Assembly: GCA_918262735.1 (NCBI GenBank)
Contig: CAKJYJ010000005.1
Span: 6,541-70,540, forward strand
DNA from: Clostridiales bacterium
GTDB taxonomy: Bacteria; Bacillota; Clostridia; Christensenellales; UBA1242
Reading direction: 5' to 3'
Length of the DNA: 64,000 nt
Shown: one piece after another, positions 26,001-30,729 of the stretch
How the letters are laid out: the number at the start of each line of letters is the position of its first letter
How positions within the stretch are numbered: the stretch's first letter is position 1
Notes under the pieces: model-generated
Seen by the model: only the letters and a program-made list of their open reading frames with translations
Database searches by the model: none
What the model was told of the DNA's origin: nothing
Translations under genes and position numbers: made by a program

Positions 26001-28898
26001 GTATACCCTTCCGTTATTCTCAGAAACATCAATTAATGATGGGGTGTAGCCTGTGTCTGGAACAAATGTATAAACTAGGTTTTTGTTAAAAGCATCAATA
26101 GGCGTAACTTTTGTGAAAATGTTATAAACATTTGTATCTGTTACACTCAATGTTGAAACGTCTATATATATTTCTTCATATGTTTTTGACTCGTTATCCT
26201 CTGATAATAACCTCAATGAAGTAACTTCAACATTTTCAACAGCTTTTGTTCTTGTTACTTTGATAAAAATCTCATATGTCTTTATTGAGTCATTGTTTGA
26301 ATATGTGTCCAATGAAATAAAACTTGTTTCAGAAACAATATCGTTAAAATCAACGACAAATAGTACCAAGCGCAAGAAATCTTTATCATAGTTGAAATCA
26401 CTTGGAACTTCAACAACGGTTATTGTCAATTCATTTGTTTGTATGTTTAATGTTGCGTTAAACTTTGCTTTATCATCAAATTCATAGATAATATATTTTG
26501 TTGTTTCTGTGTTTTCAATAACTTCTTCAAGGCGACCATTGTTGATATATACCCTATTGTATGTTGCAACATTACCACCCGATGCAACACCGTTAACTAA
26601 AACCATTGTTGTTGCGTTACTATAGTCTGCAGCAACAAGTTGATTTTGTGCCCTAAGTTCAACAACCTTTTCGCTAGATTCAATATCCTTAATTGGACGA
26701 TATATCTCAACTAAAACATATTTTGTGATTGCTTGTGCCTGAATTATTTCGCCCCTTCTATTTACTTCATTTCCATAAATATCAATCTTTACATACACTT
26801 TACCAACTCTCGTTGTTGTGATTATGTTGGCTTCTTTAATGTCTTGGGCATTAACAACCAAACTTAAATTTTTAAAGCTTGTGTCTTCAAAACCCTCTAA
26901 TGCAAAATTTTTATATGATTCTGAGTATGCAGATGTATATTCTTCATCTCCCAAAACGGCATCAACAAACGAATATGTTATATTTCTAATATTTGCACCA
27001 TCGTCATAAATGTATGATAAAGGAATGGCATACCCAAATTTAATTGATACCTTTTTTAATGATTCTTCATTATCGTACTCAACCAAACCAACACCGCTTA
27101 CATCAGAAGATGAGCCACTTATTGCAACCTTAACATCATTTATTATTTGAATAGTTTCAACCGATAGTGTTGCTTCAAAACCATTTCTAGTTCTAAATGT
27201 GTACCTTCTAACACCAACTTCCTTTGGCAAAACCTCAATGTTGAAATAATTTGGAACAACATCAGCAGATACTGTTATATATTCATCATCGTCAAATACC
27301 AAATCGCCAACGCTTGCTCCTGGGGCATATAGTCTAAGTGATGTTGCACCACTACTTTCACCACCCAGTTTAACTGCAACTTGTTTTTCTTTAACTGCTG
27401 GAGATTCAACTGCGTCTTCAGTAAAACCAAAATCAGAAGCACCAAAGCTTACTGTGAAGAATAATGTTTTTGGCTCAACATTAAACACAGATTCACTCTC
27501 AACAACCAATCTTGGGGTTTCGCTTGTTCTGTTTGTTGACGCACAAATATAAAGCGTATCTCCCGCCGTGAATAAATCATCTTCAAAAAGTTTTGAATAA
27601 ACATTTTGTCCGTTTAGAATGTAGACATCAATGTTCAGCATGCTCTTAATCTTGAATACCCTATCTGACGCATTTGCTGGAACTGGGTTGAAAATAAACA
27701 TTGAACCATACAATGAATTGCCGTAGTTTTCATAAATTAAATATGAATTATCAGGCAACAATTCCGCATCTGTTGTAACTTGAATAGCACTGATTGGAAC
27801 AACAATGTTAATTGGTAAATAATCTTTTAGAACTGGTTGATTAGACTGATTTACACACTTAACAAAATTAGCAGTTAAAACCGAATTGTTACTGTGGTCG
27901 GTATAATAGAATTTAAAATACAAAAGACCAACAGCTCTTGTTGGTTTAACATTATACGATTCAAATACAAAGGTGTATGTTTTGCTATCTGTTACGCTCT
28001 GAGAAATAATTCTGTCATATCTCAAATAGCTCATTATGTTCTCTTGTTCATTTTTGCTTGAATCAACATCAACTTCAACGCCAAGAGAATTTGGTATCTT
28101 TACTTCAATTTGAAAATCTTCTAAAACATTTTGATCAATTTGTAAATAGTATCCATTTTCGTCAATATTTTGCCCATTCCCACCATTGTAATTAACTTTC
28201 ATTTCTATTGCATCGGCAACATATCTTACATTTGGAATTACCTTCACATTGAAATCTGTGAATATTGAATTCCCACCAACGGTGTGATTTGATTGTGCTC
28301 TAACAACAATATCTTCATCAAAATTATTAAAAGTGTTTGCCAAAACCAACCTGCCATTAACAATAGCAACGGTATCAACAAAACTATCTCCGTTTAAAAT
28401 TTGGTAAGTTACCCCGTCTCCAGTTGAGCCACCAGGTTCAAATGTTATATTGTCAGCAAAACTCATTGATGTTACTTCACCATTAAATGCAATATATAAA
28501 TCGTCTGGAGCAATTATGTTTGTTATAGGAACCACAACCGTAACACTAAATGATGCAGACACATTGGCACCCGCCAAAACTGTTACAATAACTTCGTCAA
28601 CCTGTAGCTCTGTTTTTGGTGTTATGTACAAGTCAAAAGAACCATCTGATAATTTGGCAGATGAGGTTACTTTTATCTTTGAGGTGTCGTATCTAAGGCT
28701 AAGTGAATTAACATTGATGTCAACCAATTTAACGTTGACCGTTTCAGTATTGTCCTCCGTTTCACCAATATATATTACGACTTGGTCCTTGCTAAGCACC
28801 AGCCTACCAGCTGAACCATTTTGCCCACCACAGGCAGCAATAAACAGCCCACAAACAAGCGCGAATGCACATAGCAATAATTTAGATATTTTTTTCAT
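11028..28898 (-). CDS. Giant surface lipoprotein 2 (5,956 aa): Ig-like region, about 7 GLUG-type beta-helix modules, internal hydrophobic hairpin, Tyr/Asn-rich C-terminal region
   Basis: The ORF is 17.9 kb without a stop. The signal peptide MKKISKLLLCAFALVCGLFIAAC has lipobox IAAC with Cys23. A GGAGG RBS lies at 28903-28907. GLUG-like coils include VGGVVGTNNGTLRNCSFLG, AAGMVITNNGSITNSRVGG, TTGFVNTNDGAISMCYVEG, AGFVYDNTNTIADCYSN, VGGVVGRVAGDCYIAGV, AGFANTNDGVVYTCS, AGFIYTNNGYVFGSYSN, VGGIVGEADSGTVSNCYTV and VGGIVGANLNTGAS. Module entries lie near nt 25873, 22720, 21338, 19480, 17720, 16450 and 14484. Confidence 0.9.
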   Translation of the reverse strand: MKKISKLLLCAFALVCGLFIAACGGQNGSAGRLVLSKDQVVIYIGETEDNTETVNVKLVDINVNSLSLRYDTSKIKVTSSAKLSDGSFDLYITPKTELQVDEVIVTVLAGANVSASFSVTVVVPITNIIAPDDLYIAFNGEVTSMSFADNITFEPGGSTGDGVTYQILNGDSFVDTVAIVNGRLVLANTFNNFDEDIVVRAQSNHTVGGNSIFTDFNVKVIPNVRYVADAIEMKVNYNGGNGQNIDENGYYLQIDQNVLEDFQIEVKIPNSLGVEVDVDSSKNEQENIMSYLRYDRIISQSVTDSKTYTFVFESYNVKPTRAVGLLYFKFYYTDHSNNSVLTANFVKCVNQSNQPVLKDYLPINIVVPISAIQVTTDAELLPDNSYLIYENYGNSLYGSMFIFNPVPANASDRVFKIKSMLNIDVYILNGQNVYSKLFEDDLFTAGDTLYICASTNRTSETPRLVVESESVFNVEPKTLFFTVSFGASDFGFTEDAVESPAVKEKQVAVKLGGESSGATSLRLYAPGASVGDLVFDDDEYITVSADVVPNYFNIEVLPKEVGVRRYTFRTRNGFEATLSVETIQIINDVKVAISGSSSDVSGVGLVEYDNEESLKKVSIKFGYAIPLSYIYDDGANIRNITYSFVDAVLGDEEYTSAYSESYKNFALEGFEDTSFKNLSLVVNAQDIKEANIITTTRVGKVYVKIDIYGNEVNRRGEIIQAQAITKYVLVEIYRPIKDIESSEKVVELRAQNQLVAADYSNATTMVLVNGVASGGNVATYNRVYINNGRLEEVIENTETTKYIIYEFDDKAKFNATLNIQTNELTITVVEVPSDFNYDKDFLRLVLFVVDFNDIVSETSFISLDTYSNNDSIKTYEIFIKVTRTKAVENVEVTSLRLLSEDNESKTYEEIYIDVSTLSVTDTNVYNIFTKVTPIDAFNKNLVYTFVPDTGYTPSLIDVSENNGRVYIPGTVGGTGKIVITPQYTDSTVSVKRIIIPITIADGNSYNTAFRISNLLQIGNLSKHYKIVSNETLVLNSTLFVGEVFNGGLYGVSEAHDIPATLCLDDCSLFDAIGSRAIIKDLVVYGTSNAQGMIANTNSGLIENVEITSYIKNGNYIPSLVRFEGNGSVGGVVGTNNGTLRNCSFLGTIASKNENIIGEGNVIKTGLYGINNGTIEDCSLIVARFNDCMEAIGRTIQVNDGGTLNTINGIMFIDNSHEDINLEAQEYVDLISYSDVGNQLDGTGYVNTVERHSIGDSSSRYGVVFYYEAKDSTKQNGLSTHNTITVEDLVYTNLGSSIKVLALDQLGINSRIVSVVGNTIHINSIGEFDLIVYSKYDYTQSITLHMVSLYFIDEFRFVEGIEKLEKGSEIKILVGGSSVISSAGRVIVDGIELKQNDFNIAFFMFNDEEDLNDWQNIIDATNYVTGTTLGNHTIHATWNREETTKILSAKIYSAYSEVYNDIINNYFLKVESELGSGTREYYFVKLVLSRGTTNVGVSASEGSIEPKDTFVFDASITTDMPTDKVIKENIRIENQYDYDVTNAFDISVGGRQLTANSNVYNFEIVIGLKSEYRYSLNYVDKTYRVKVYACSEDGEIVYSTFGQMQLTILPQTLTSVHSAMYEQVSGYSSGGTDYSVVSWTNPTSVIKPTGRALLVVDLYPNYATLDYIDIVATSNTLAQLAYRIQRKEGDVYTFDNNARYQVLDDVNGIRINNNLSENSDLVQDIGTYYIIIFPTNTLNQDAIININISAYYKGVKLEKESNITLYVKAPAVPQISIDGQTSIYAYMGETLTARANISYDQTIKKVYLTDNNGTVLDSILVEFEEIEGSNVGYRQYKLTFTIPFDGENGFAFNQSKIPLNLYVESEKIEKGEHITAKSAPIFIYITPFGVVDNSIQIKDVNEGKLEVNSIKPKMLELYTNFNHGENEDVLSAIAEFNANYYYKLSTSGGASENIVFELGNDNGGAAYNLVSYLYYLNGNQAYSIGRVINGINGKEFVAVEDPQYNNIVTFGISGEKLYVMGGDRVGQVPMLLRLYRTMPDGAQYVYEYYFTISNSLYTTEDMPIEISDAESFKTMNNSEKANHYILSNNIYLYDYDVNESMPNTSKIKSFDGNNYTINIVSFKEPTTTSATFALFNTISSGTTIKNVTVNYYYLPEINLGEDIIRVDIAGLAITNSGVVYNTEVMAFASGERSPTFTTYGLKVTTLNTNVTVNAAGMVITNNGSITNSRVGGDSKLVSSFVYPTSSDNFVKPTLRTNETKAKTFTIRAGGTVSGFVIKNNTGAVISSSFAKNINVINTYDRNQTMVTTGFVNTNDGAISMCYVEGVGNDVDIQAMNGGIEGNGILAGFVYDNTNTIADCYSNIMIKTTSNQVGRLGAGFVYQNELNGEVLRSYSFSSIAGNNISQLSFIGVNDLMEYNNRGLIKSCYYYSTDVMDLTLLDPVYNTEVEPVKNVNSSFNFYGFSFGSSSNDLQATWKISTKGPRLVSADDITHSIRYKADNNGSVSKTSSLAYVFVYDNDYEYGTVNNPIIIRDAKEFNDVFGGTETVFADNIENGKAFGSYRLVNNINLNELIIDDQEVETTDYKYSLTSTDVSLTGQYRYLSDRPGLLDGNGLTISHLAISNPSKTSSQNYGMFKTIENGAGIKNLNIGLDTGGVNADHTVNVGTIAGTLTDSILVNVRVYAMNAMDKPTVVGANIVGGVVGRVAGDCYIAGVTVENVSVTATYNQSESFNALQLTNNTPNMEGTGLATLSIAGGAFGILDLFTQKQFVSRKVIANTDLREANVQGLSVKGIETITAMTVGGVAGYIGTFVVAKDLSFTVSRGAKLIAYNCFAGGVVGFNCGYLYQIKAEHEETWQKDIEQNIQTYYKSNLDYDRGELKLFEVDGEETLYRPNTIGGLVGVMHRGIIDVGYSKINVRNSTVKYAGGVIGLVNPTYITDESSDEYYQIQINEVYATGDVYAGASDSYMGGVIGLNKFSVLDIKKVASLNVWSKETISVSDSGKHIAQIAFDNSVHIEESGNAYSNGSNINYSSVSALYNGWKPGSGEGIYDVDGTRITVVFNDSTNKTIPVFVKTNNDDINTNLSVDAVTIPSYYNYAGLSSDGGAQVDTAFKQTGWYSASNWIKKTDSLYPAIRYVESVNVFTISTVDDFDLIRRYGGNPDSQFVIVNNIDCSRIKISYPVLRGTLMGLNDSITLTKLSVPLVKTLNGAEICGINLENFSAPIANEAINGTFIHDLIYRNCDFSSVSSSVAGTYDIAGVVFQADNTIFQTIEFQNCYLKIGPIADKNVKNAGLLFACGKTGGTVDIRNISINSSCYIGNNDTSTSDIKPVNNEANIGLVFGESKASATNINNASVKGKVIVSLPQSETPSQESSIGLIGGHVENITTISNASVSSGVVYVKCDNGNQVLNVGGFVGKASSSVIVVYDSFAGSSTGCDVTVIGVYNAIHVGGMVGRANSFEYSSGIELVFGRKASNDYNTIYVDSPAGATSAFVGGACGYTEKMSSTDNGIDTPAGGALIYNGNIIINQAQESDVGAKMYIGGIVGQIKPATPGENMSAKKLIFGGTISFEYKTAVTNQTTYYVGGLFGAITNANYSINVDSAYVFGDILLENTTSSLSAIKYDLITTTTSYFGGVVGQVEVNTTLNLTNSIGLATLYSKHNNAHLFDAIAIKENNTSEINCGPDGAVKTFYASNLNLCVSETAAVNSAFGSLNTRLGGFSQIFEEGTKLNPYVYDISMNINSHSSEGDGYSAEVENGCQELRGTISDGRKTYFYLSEDITAGQSFANRISLFNIGFFADGQSITTNFVPFEKIDGTSFVSGVKSRIYADETELDKNVSLAGFANTNDGVVYTCSAEETLVDYEDLDATNFNPVKTQFYGYLKTDASIVAGFIYTNNGYVFGSYSNMNIVSTYSKNNFGSISGFIFKNSGTVEYSYAMGYAEIGSLTEVTRNIDLFIIDNGGNAKVINCYTTFATAYDSNGVATISHNANTGCLYEKDACETILSHNTTALCGEYTDKYYKCDANYNSNYPTLSDGPFAELSYTKRLTMLNKTQKTVIESGKKTNWDYYYVSETGNAGEYGVINTITALSKVANDGKYVISRSLNFGYVVDNVNRNSYGALGYTIKNGSEDTLAYKLCQTSETTLINTTPEEINGDGKTVYNVTLAEGSCLIGTIKTDAILKNLTFDNVNVIGTGVPIKINNGTIDNVNLTGEVKYTGGTSANQYVSALIGQNAGLIINSKVSLTSLTGAGAANNYTFGTFVGKNMGTVGQKNGNKWERVDATMSSVIIVETKDNLQVTVGGIVGYNTTDGMVSGCGIIDKADINVIADVVCVGGIVGEADSGTVSNCYTVESSTIAGGSEDLGSVSVDSVELNIPASTSSHVGGIVGACSGSLKISDCSNGAGVTAKARWIFEFDTSGTRKNNRYKYSPRLESIYVLELGTSNAYAGGIISNYLTESNINSENSTRLKNTGVITGGFKAWKPVMILTTKSNSFLHGLQSTGWGASAIGMAAIGIYAAVTMVGAKSALLIGAANAYNPVGWAMIAVAGCLALYGGIQAYKESQEAKTAHLNYCPVLGNSNKYYGLFGSDANKDTVQKVFKADDDNVGYINNSTDFNMNAFMDNPVSTALKHIEFNSVFTDENLNFVDDYSKMYFEDASGVGSPGKVLQAIYYDGIAPGIESNNLTIESHTRNYKEENGKFKVTKDVTINTEALKTGERLKVLTLNTSDENNSKLTFFYGDEYGNSIKYGTANNATLANEFDVNNTKPLLNNYTGNSSAWSNGWSDGELDTVNPDIFVPINENAENVGTKEHPYLFLLTDPLTWRELAYTINNTQYGGLEQYNKYDGWFDGEGDINNHSTIIISAKNNTVIEVAGNVLDRYNGTITLTNFASAFGGMKLNITNNTNYGLIRKTKDLVVNSFNYKGNVELSYHKKLTPELDDSNKYNSNFGLLVGEVVAGGKLTVNERKQNGYVQIDSLLISNEVVNRFVNISGLVGCANGQVKIKNEGITIGEFRQEGYLISAGTGGSRVNCSFGGVIGSIVGSGNADLQSVDFTGIDIKLQTSINCVGGIVGANLNTGASRSLKITDSHVNLEEFMAVSFETDVYVGGVIGLNKGTTTITQPIVQFFSESLTISADVADGTQSAFAGGIVGANLASANSLEYSGAKIYGSNGYASGYILAGYNKVSNTNVYVLPSKAYAGKYIGHGNADEGLGMSSIYVIVRSVAINNSAAINNSATIGAEKIDLDNSYKFYDGNTDGTKIYSVCVKDIYASGESEYGFEPPNDLRNGNSSGYIKGQIQSYGFTMGNANIGGYIYTATPPTNQRTLDTYGYTYTNNKISAHKEEQITIDGNTYTNTFDSYNQYSVSNINSYYSYENDTNGYATIYEADLTFVSNYGNSWYDADYSVNNNEVSVSNIREEKYEGSIETKYRITVTRLNPIADNGNGRFLVKIIFLSLSKSGDAFNDFELELNPNDIVYSKVFDKQESFNEEIIDMNFGMNGGLIFSETKDIPNSNHNGAVVKTSRSVVIKPVSMKLFYDNSSKTIAIKEYLSLNEETNGIWKQYVTGNALSVHVLSVNADYERTIAKVTLEDMESTTFNRVSVGSSENWVNIYAGLTKKLDIVDGSNTIEINTIGDDGFMYKGYYVSKSLYNGKYFSEQFQQESSQDITDIGTDVYYKSIGAKTYVIVSNYNLRTVTSTDHGSTYNYDVKDCVYEYNDTIKKYGLKATLSYQLETPADKANMYNVIGNRYDSFVPVVPISSKMSCLNVVYEKNGHNYDLGENGSFAIPGVKFVIPTKLTLNYIYGDSSLTCANSSDRVMYDIRITYDNTNHTFATTLSENNNGDVNIKYSAVKFSDVKYIETPLGVTYNQYENNLINNCGVIQGKYVLKKDGYTDENYYWGDDELITVAYLIENNTINEYNQVVPGGGDNELYYVYINGSSIEWVGTDSIAVRFYTFK
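13195..13230 (-). repeat. Perfect 2 x 18-bp in-frame tandem duplication inside giant gene 2
   Basis: The plus strand reads GCAGAGTTATTAATTGCA twice (13195-13212 and 13213-13230). It encodes ...V-AINNSA-AINNSA-T... Confidence 0.9.
15225..15395 (-). other. Internal two-helix hydrophobic hairpin (aa 4502-4558) of giant lipoprotein 2
   Basis: The translation is WGASAIGMAAIGIYAAVTMVGAKSALLIGAANAYNPVGWAMIAVAGCLALYGGIQAY. It forms two small-residue-rich hydrophobic helices joined by NAYNP. Helix 2 contains the lipobox-like VAGC (Cys4548, nt 15257-15255). Polar K/E-rich sequence flanks it (KAWKPVMILTTKSN... / ...KESQEAKTAH). Confidence 0.6.
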
Positions 28899-28974
28899 AA
28901 AACCTCCAAATCTCTTAGAATATTTTGAGCTAACACAAAAAAACTATGTAATATTACCTTTTACTCTAGTTATT

Positions 28975-29003
28975 ATTATATAAATAATAGGGTTCCAAGT
29001 CAA
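28975..29003 (-). promoter_or_regulatory. Near-consensus sigma-A promoter of giant gene 2 (TTGACT-N17-TATAAT)
   Basis: On the minus strand, the -35 TTGACT is at 29003..28998, the spacer is 17 nt, and the -10 TATAAT is at 28980..28975. It lies about 77 nt upstream of the ATG. About 110 nt of almost pure A/T (29004-29116) lies upstream of it. Confidence 0.55.
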
Positions 29004-29110
29004 ACAATTATATACATTTTTTAACAATATTTTTTATTTTTTTATAAAATTAAAAATAATTATTTTATTAATTCGCAAAAAATATTTTCAAAAATAATTA
29101 AATAATAATT

Positions 29111-29151
29111 AAAAAATTATCCAACCCCTTAAAAATAAAGGGATTGGATAA
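29111..29151 (-). terminator. Intrinsic terminator after acpP
   Basis: A 14-bp stem with one mismatch, TTATCCAACCCCTT/AAGGGATTGGATAA (29117-29130 / 29138-29151), has a 7-nt loop. UUUUUU follows on the minus-strand RNA (A6 at 29111-29116 on the plus strand). Confidence 0.65.
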
Positions 29152-29204
29152 TATGAATTTATTAACTAAAAAATTAAAAAATAAATTTTCGATAATTTTT
29201 ATTA

Positions 29205-29435
29205 TTAATTATTTTTTGACTCAATTAAATCAACAATATCTTTAACAGTTTTCATTTGCATTGCTTCTTCATCTGGAATGCTTATTCCAAACTCTTCCTC
29301 AAATGCCATTAACATTTCAACAGTATCTAACGAATCTGCTCCTAGATCTTCAACCAGTCTTGACTCAAGTGTTATTTTAGACTCCGCAACGTTTAGTTGA
29401 TTTGATATCAATTTTTTAACTTTATCTAGTGTCAT
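29205..29435 (-). CDS. acpP: Acyl carrier protein
   Basis: The 76-aa product contains LGADSLDTVEMLMAFEEEFGISIPDEEA, which includes the phosphopantetheine-attachment DSLD motif. Confidence 0.9.
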   Translation of the reverse strand: MTLDKVKKLISNQLNVAESKITLESRLVEDLGADSLDTVEMLMAFEEEFGISIPDEEAMQMKTVKDIVDLIESKNN

Positions 29436-29615
29436 TTTTTATTCCTCCATAAAAATTACAAGTGCATTGTATCATATTTTTTTGGATTTGTAAAATGTTT
29501 TTTAACAAAATCATGGGACATATTTGTCTGCAGAACAATCATGTGCCAACTAAATATGCCCCAATATATATGTAACCCAGACAATTCTTTTTTTTGAATC
29601 GCCTGTTTGTTATAT

Positions 29616-30182
29616 TTATTTATTGCCAAATGTAAGATAGTTCGATGGGTCAACAAAAGCACCATTGAGTTTTATTGCAAAATGTAAGTGTGCCCCCTCT
29701 CCACTTTCATTTGATGCCGAAGTTGATGCTTCGCCAATCTTTTGTCCTCTTTTAACCCTTTGCCCTTTCTTTATATTGTCTGTGTTTGTCAAAGAACAAT
29801 ATGTTGTGAATAGCCCATCACCATGGCTTAACGTTACACAATATCCATCTTCATAAGAATACGAACAATCTGTAACCGTTCCGTCCAAAACAGCATAAAC
29901 ATCATTGCTTACACTTGATGCAAGGTCAACCGCTCTATGGCTCTCCCATTGTTTTAACGTGGAATTATAAAATAGTTCCGTATCTGAATACCACTTTATA
30001 ACCTCTGCAGAAGAAAGCGGACACATCATTTCAACAGGGCTTGTGTTGGTTTGCTCGGTTTGATCTATAACCAAAGACGTTTGTGTTTTTTTGCCGCTAG
30101 TTCCTGCGGTTATCCCCACCGCAAAGATTAGCGCAATTGCAACCATATAGTACCCATATTTCCTCAAAAAGTTTTTAATCAT
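29616..30182 (-). CDS. Membrane-anchored M23 (LytM-type) peptidase
   Basis: It has an N-terminal TM segment (YYMVAIALIFAVGITAG). The HxxxD motif (HRAVD) and HxH motif (AHLHF) are intact. The tail GQKIGEAS...VDPSNYL is typical of Peptidase_M23. Confidence 0.8.
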   Translation of the reverse strand: MIKNFLRKYGYYMVAIALIFAVGITAGTSGKKTQTSLVIDQTEQTNTSPVEMMCPLSSAEVIKWYSDTELFYNSTLKQWESHRAVDLASSVSNDVYAVLDGTVTDCSYSYEDGYCVTLSHGDGLFTTYCSLTNTDNIKKGQRVKRGQKIGEASTSASNESGEGAHLHFAIKLNGAFVDPSNYLTFGNK

Positions 30183-30245
30183 TTTTTGTACCTCCGGCTA
30201 TATTATTGACACAAAATTTTTAGGTTAAACAAAAAAATGATAAAA

Positions 30246-30725
30246 TTAATAACTTCCTAAAAGTATTGGGGTTCCAATAAGTATTTTATCTTCCCAAAAG
30301 GCACATTGAAAATTTACTTTAATATCTTTCAATATAATTTCGCCCGGAAAGAAACATGAATATCCATACATATATCCCCCATCATAAACAACACAACTCG
30401 CCTTCAGTTTTTTACATATTTGAATGGGTGAAGTGTTGTTTATTTTAATGGTATATCCTGTAACATCGTGTTTTTCAAAAACAGAACAGAAATTATTAAT
30501 GGTGGAATAAATAATATAACCATCACCATTCGTTATGTAATTTTCATCAAAACGGGTCACATTTTTGGTATATACCTCAATTTGTGCATTCGGAAACAAG
30601 TCTTTTAGTGACCCTATATCTTTTTTTGCACACACCCCAGCCAAACATAAAAAAAGTGAAATTAATATGAAGATAATCAGCTTTCTCATATAATAATTAT
30701 TGCCACAAAAAAGCCAATTAAACAA
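30246..30725 (-). CDS. Secreted or membrane-anchored protein, YwmB/DUF1779-like C-terminus
   Basis: The likely true start is M13 (nt 30689), giving the signal-like MRKLIIFILISLFLCLAGVCA. The C-terminal tail VNFQCAFWEDKILIGTPILLGSY resembles the YwmB-family ending ...NLQIAL...GTPIVTTEY, which I recalled from B. subtilis YwmB. Confidence 0.4.
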   Translation of the reverse strand: MFNWLFCGNNYYMRKLIIFILISLFLCLAGVCAKKDIGSLKDLFPNAQIEVYTKNVTRFDENYITNGDGYIIYSTINNFCSVFEKHDVTGYTIKINNTSPIQICKKLKASCVVYDGGYMYGYSCFFPGEIILKDIKVNFQCAFWEDKILIGTPILLGSY

Positions 30726-30729
30726 AATA

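Noticed and set aside
28890-28898. The A7 run right after the ATG of giant gene 2 (ATGAAAAAAATA) as a slipped-strand phase-variation switch.
   Set aside because: A Lys-Lys n-region is normal for signal peptides in AT-rich genomes. Seven A's is short for efficient slippage, and nothing suggests alternative frames.
11546-28983. Many plus-strand ORFs of 60-177 aa from the track lie inside giant gene 2 (e.g. 21964..22365 at 133 aa, 28450..28983 at 177 aa, 16141..16422 at 93 aa). Similar ones lie inside giant gene 1 (e.g. 1209..1502, 2759..3123).
   Set aside because: All are antisense to an uninterrupted multi-kb ORF that has clear protein-like repeat structure. Their translations are low-complexity and hydrophobic, they lack an RBS, and they simply mirror the codon bias of the sense strand.
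1242-29435. The idea that the giant ORFs next to acpP are a PKS/NRPS-type megasynthase.
   Set aside because: I saw no KS, AT, A, C or T-domain motifs: no DSL carrier sites, no GHSxG, no HHxxxDG. Both proteins carry lipoprotein export signals and consist of Ig-like and GLUG beta-helix repeats. A strong terminator separates acpP from them.
29456-29665. A 69-aa minus-strand ORF between acpP and the M23 peptidase gene.
   Set aside because: It overlaps the 3' end of the M23 gene in another frame, has no RBS, and its composition is odd. It is most likely non-coding acpP leader or promoter sequence.
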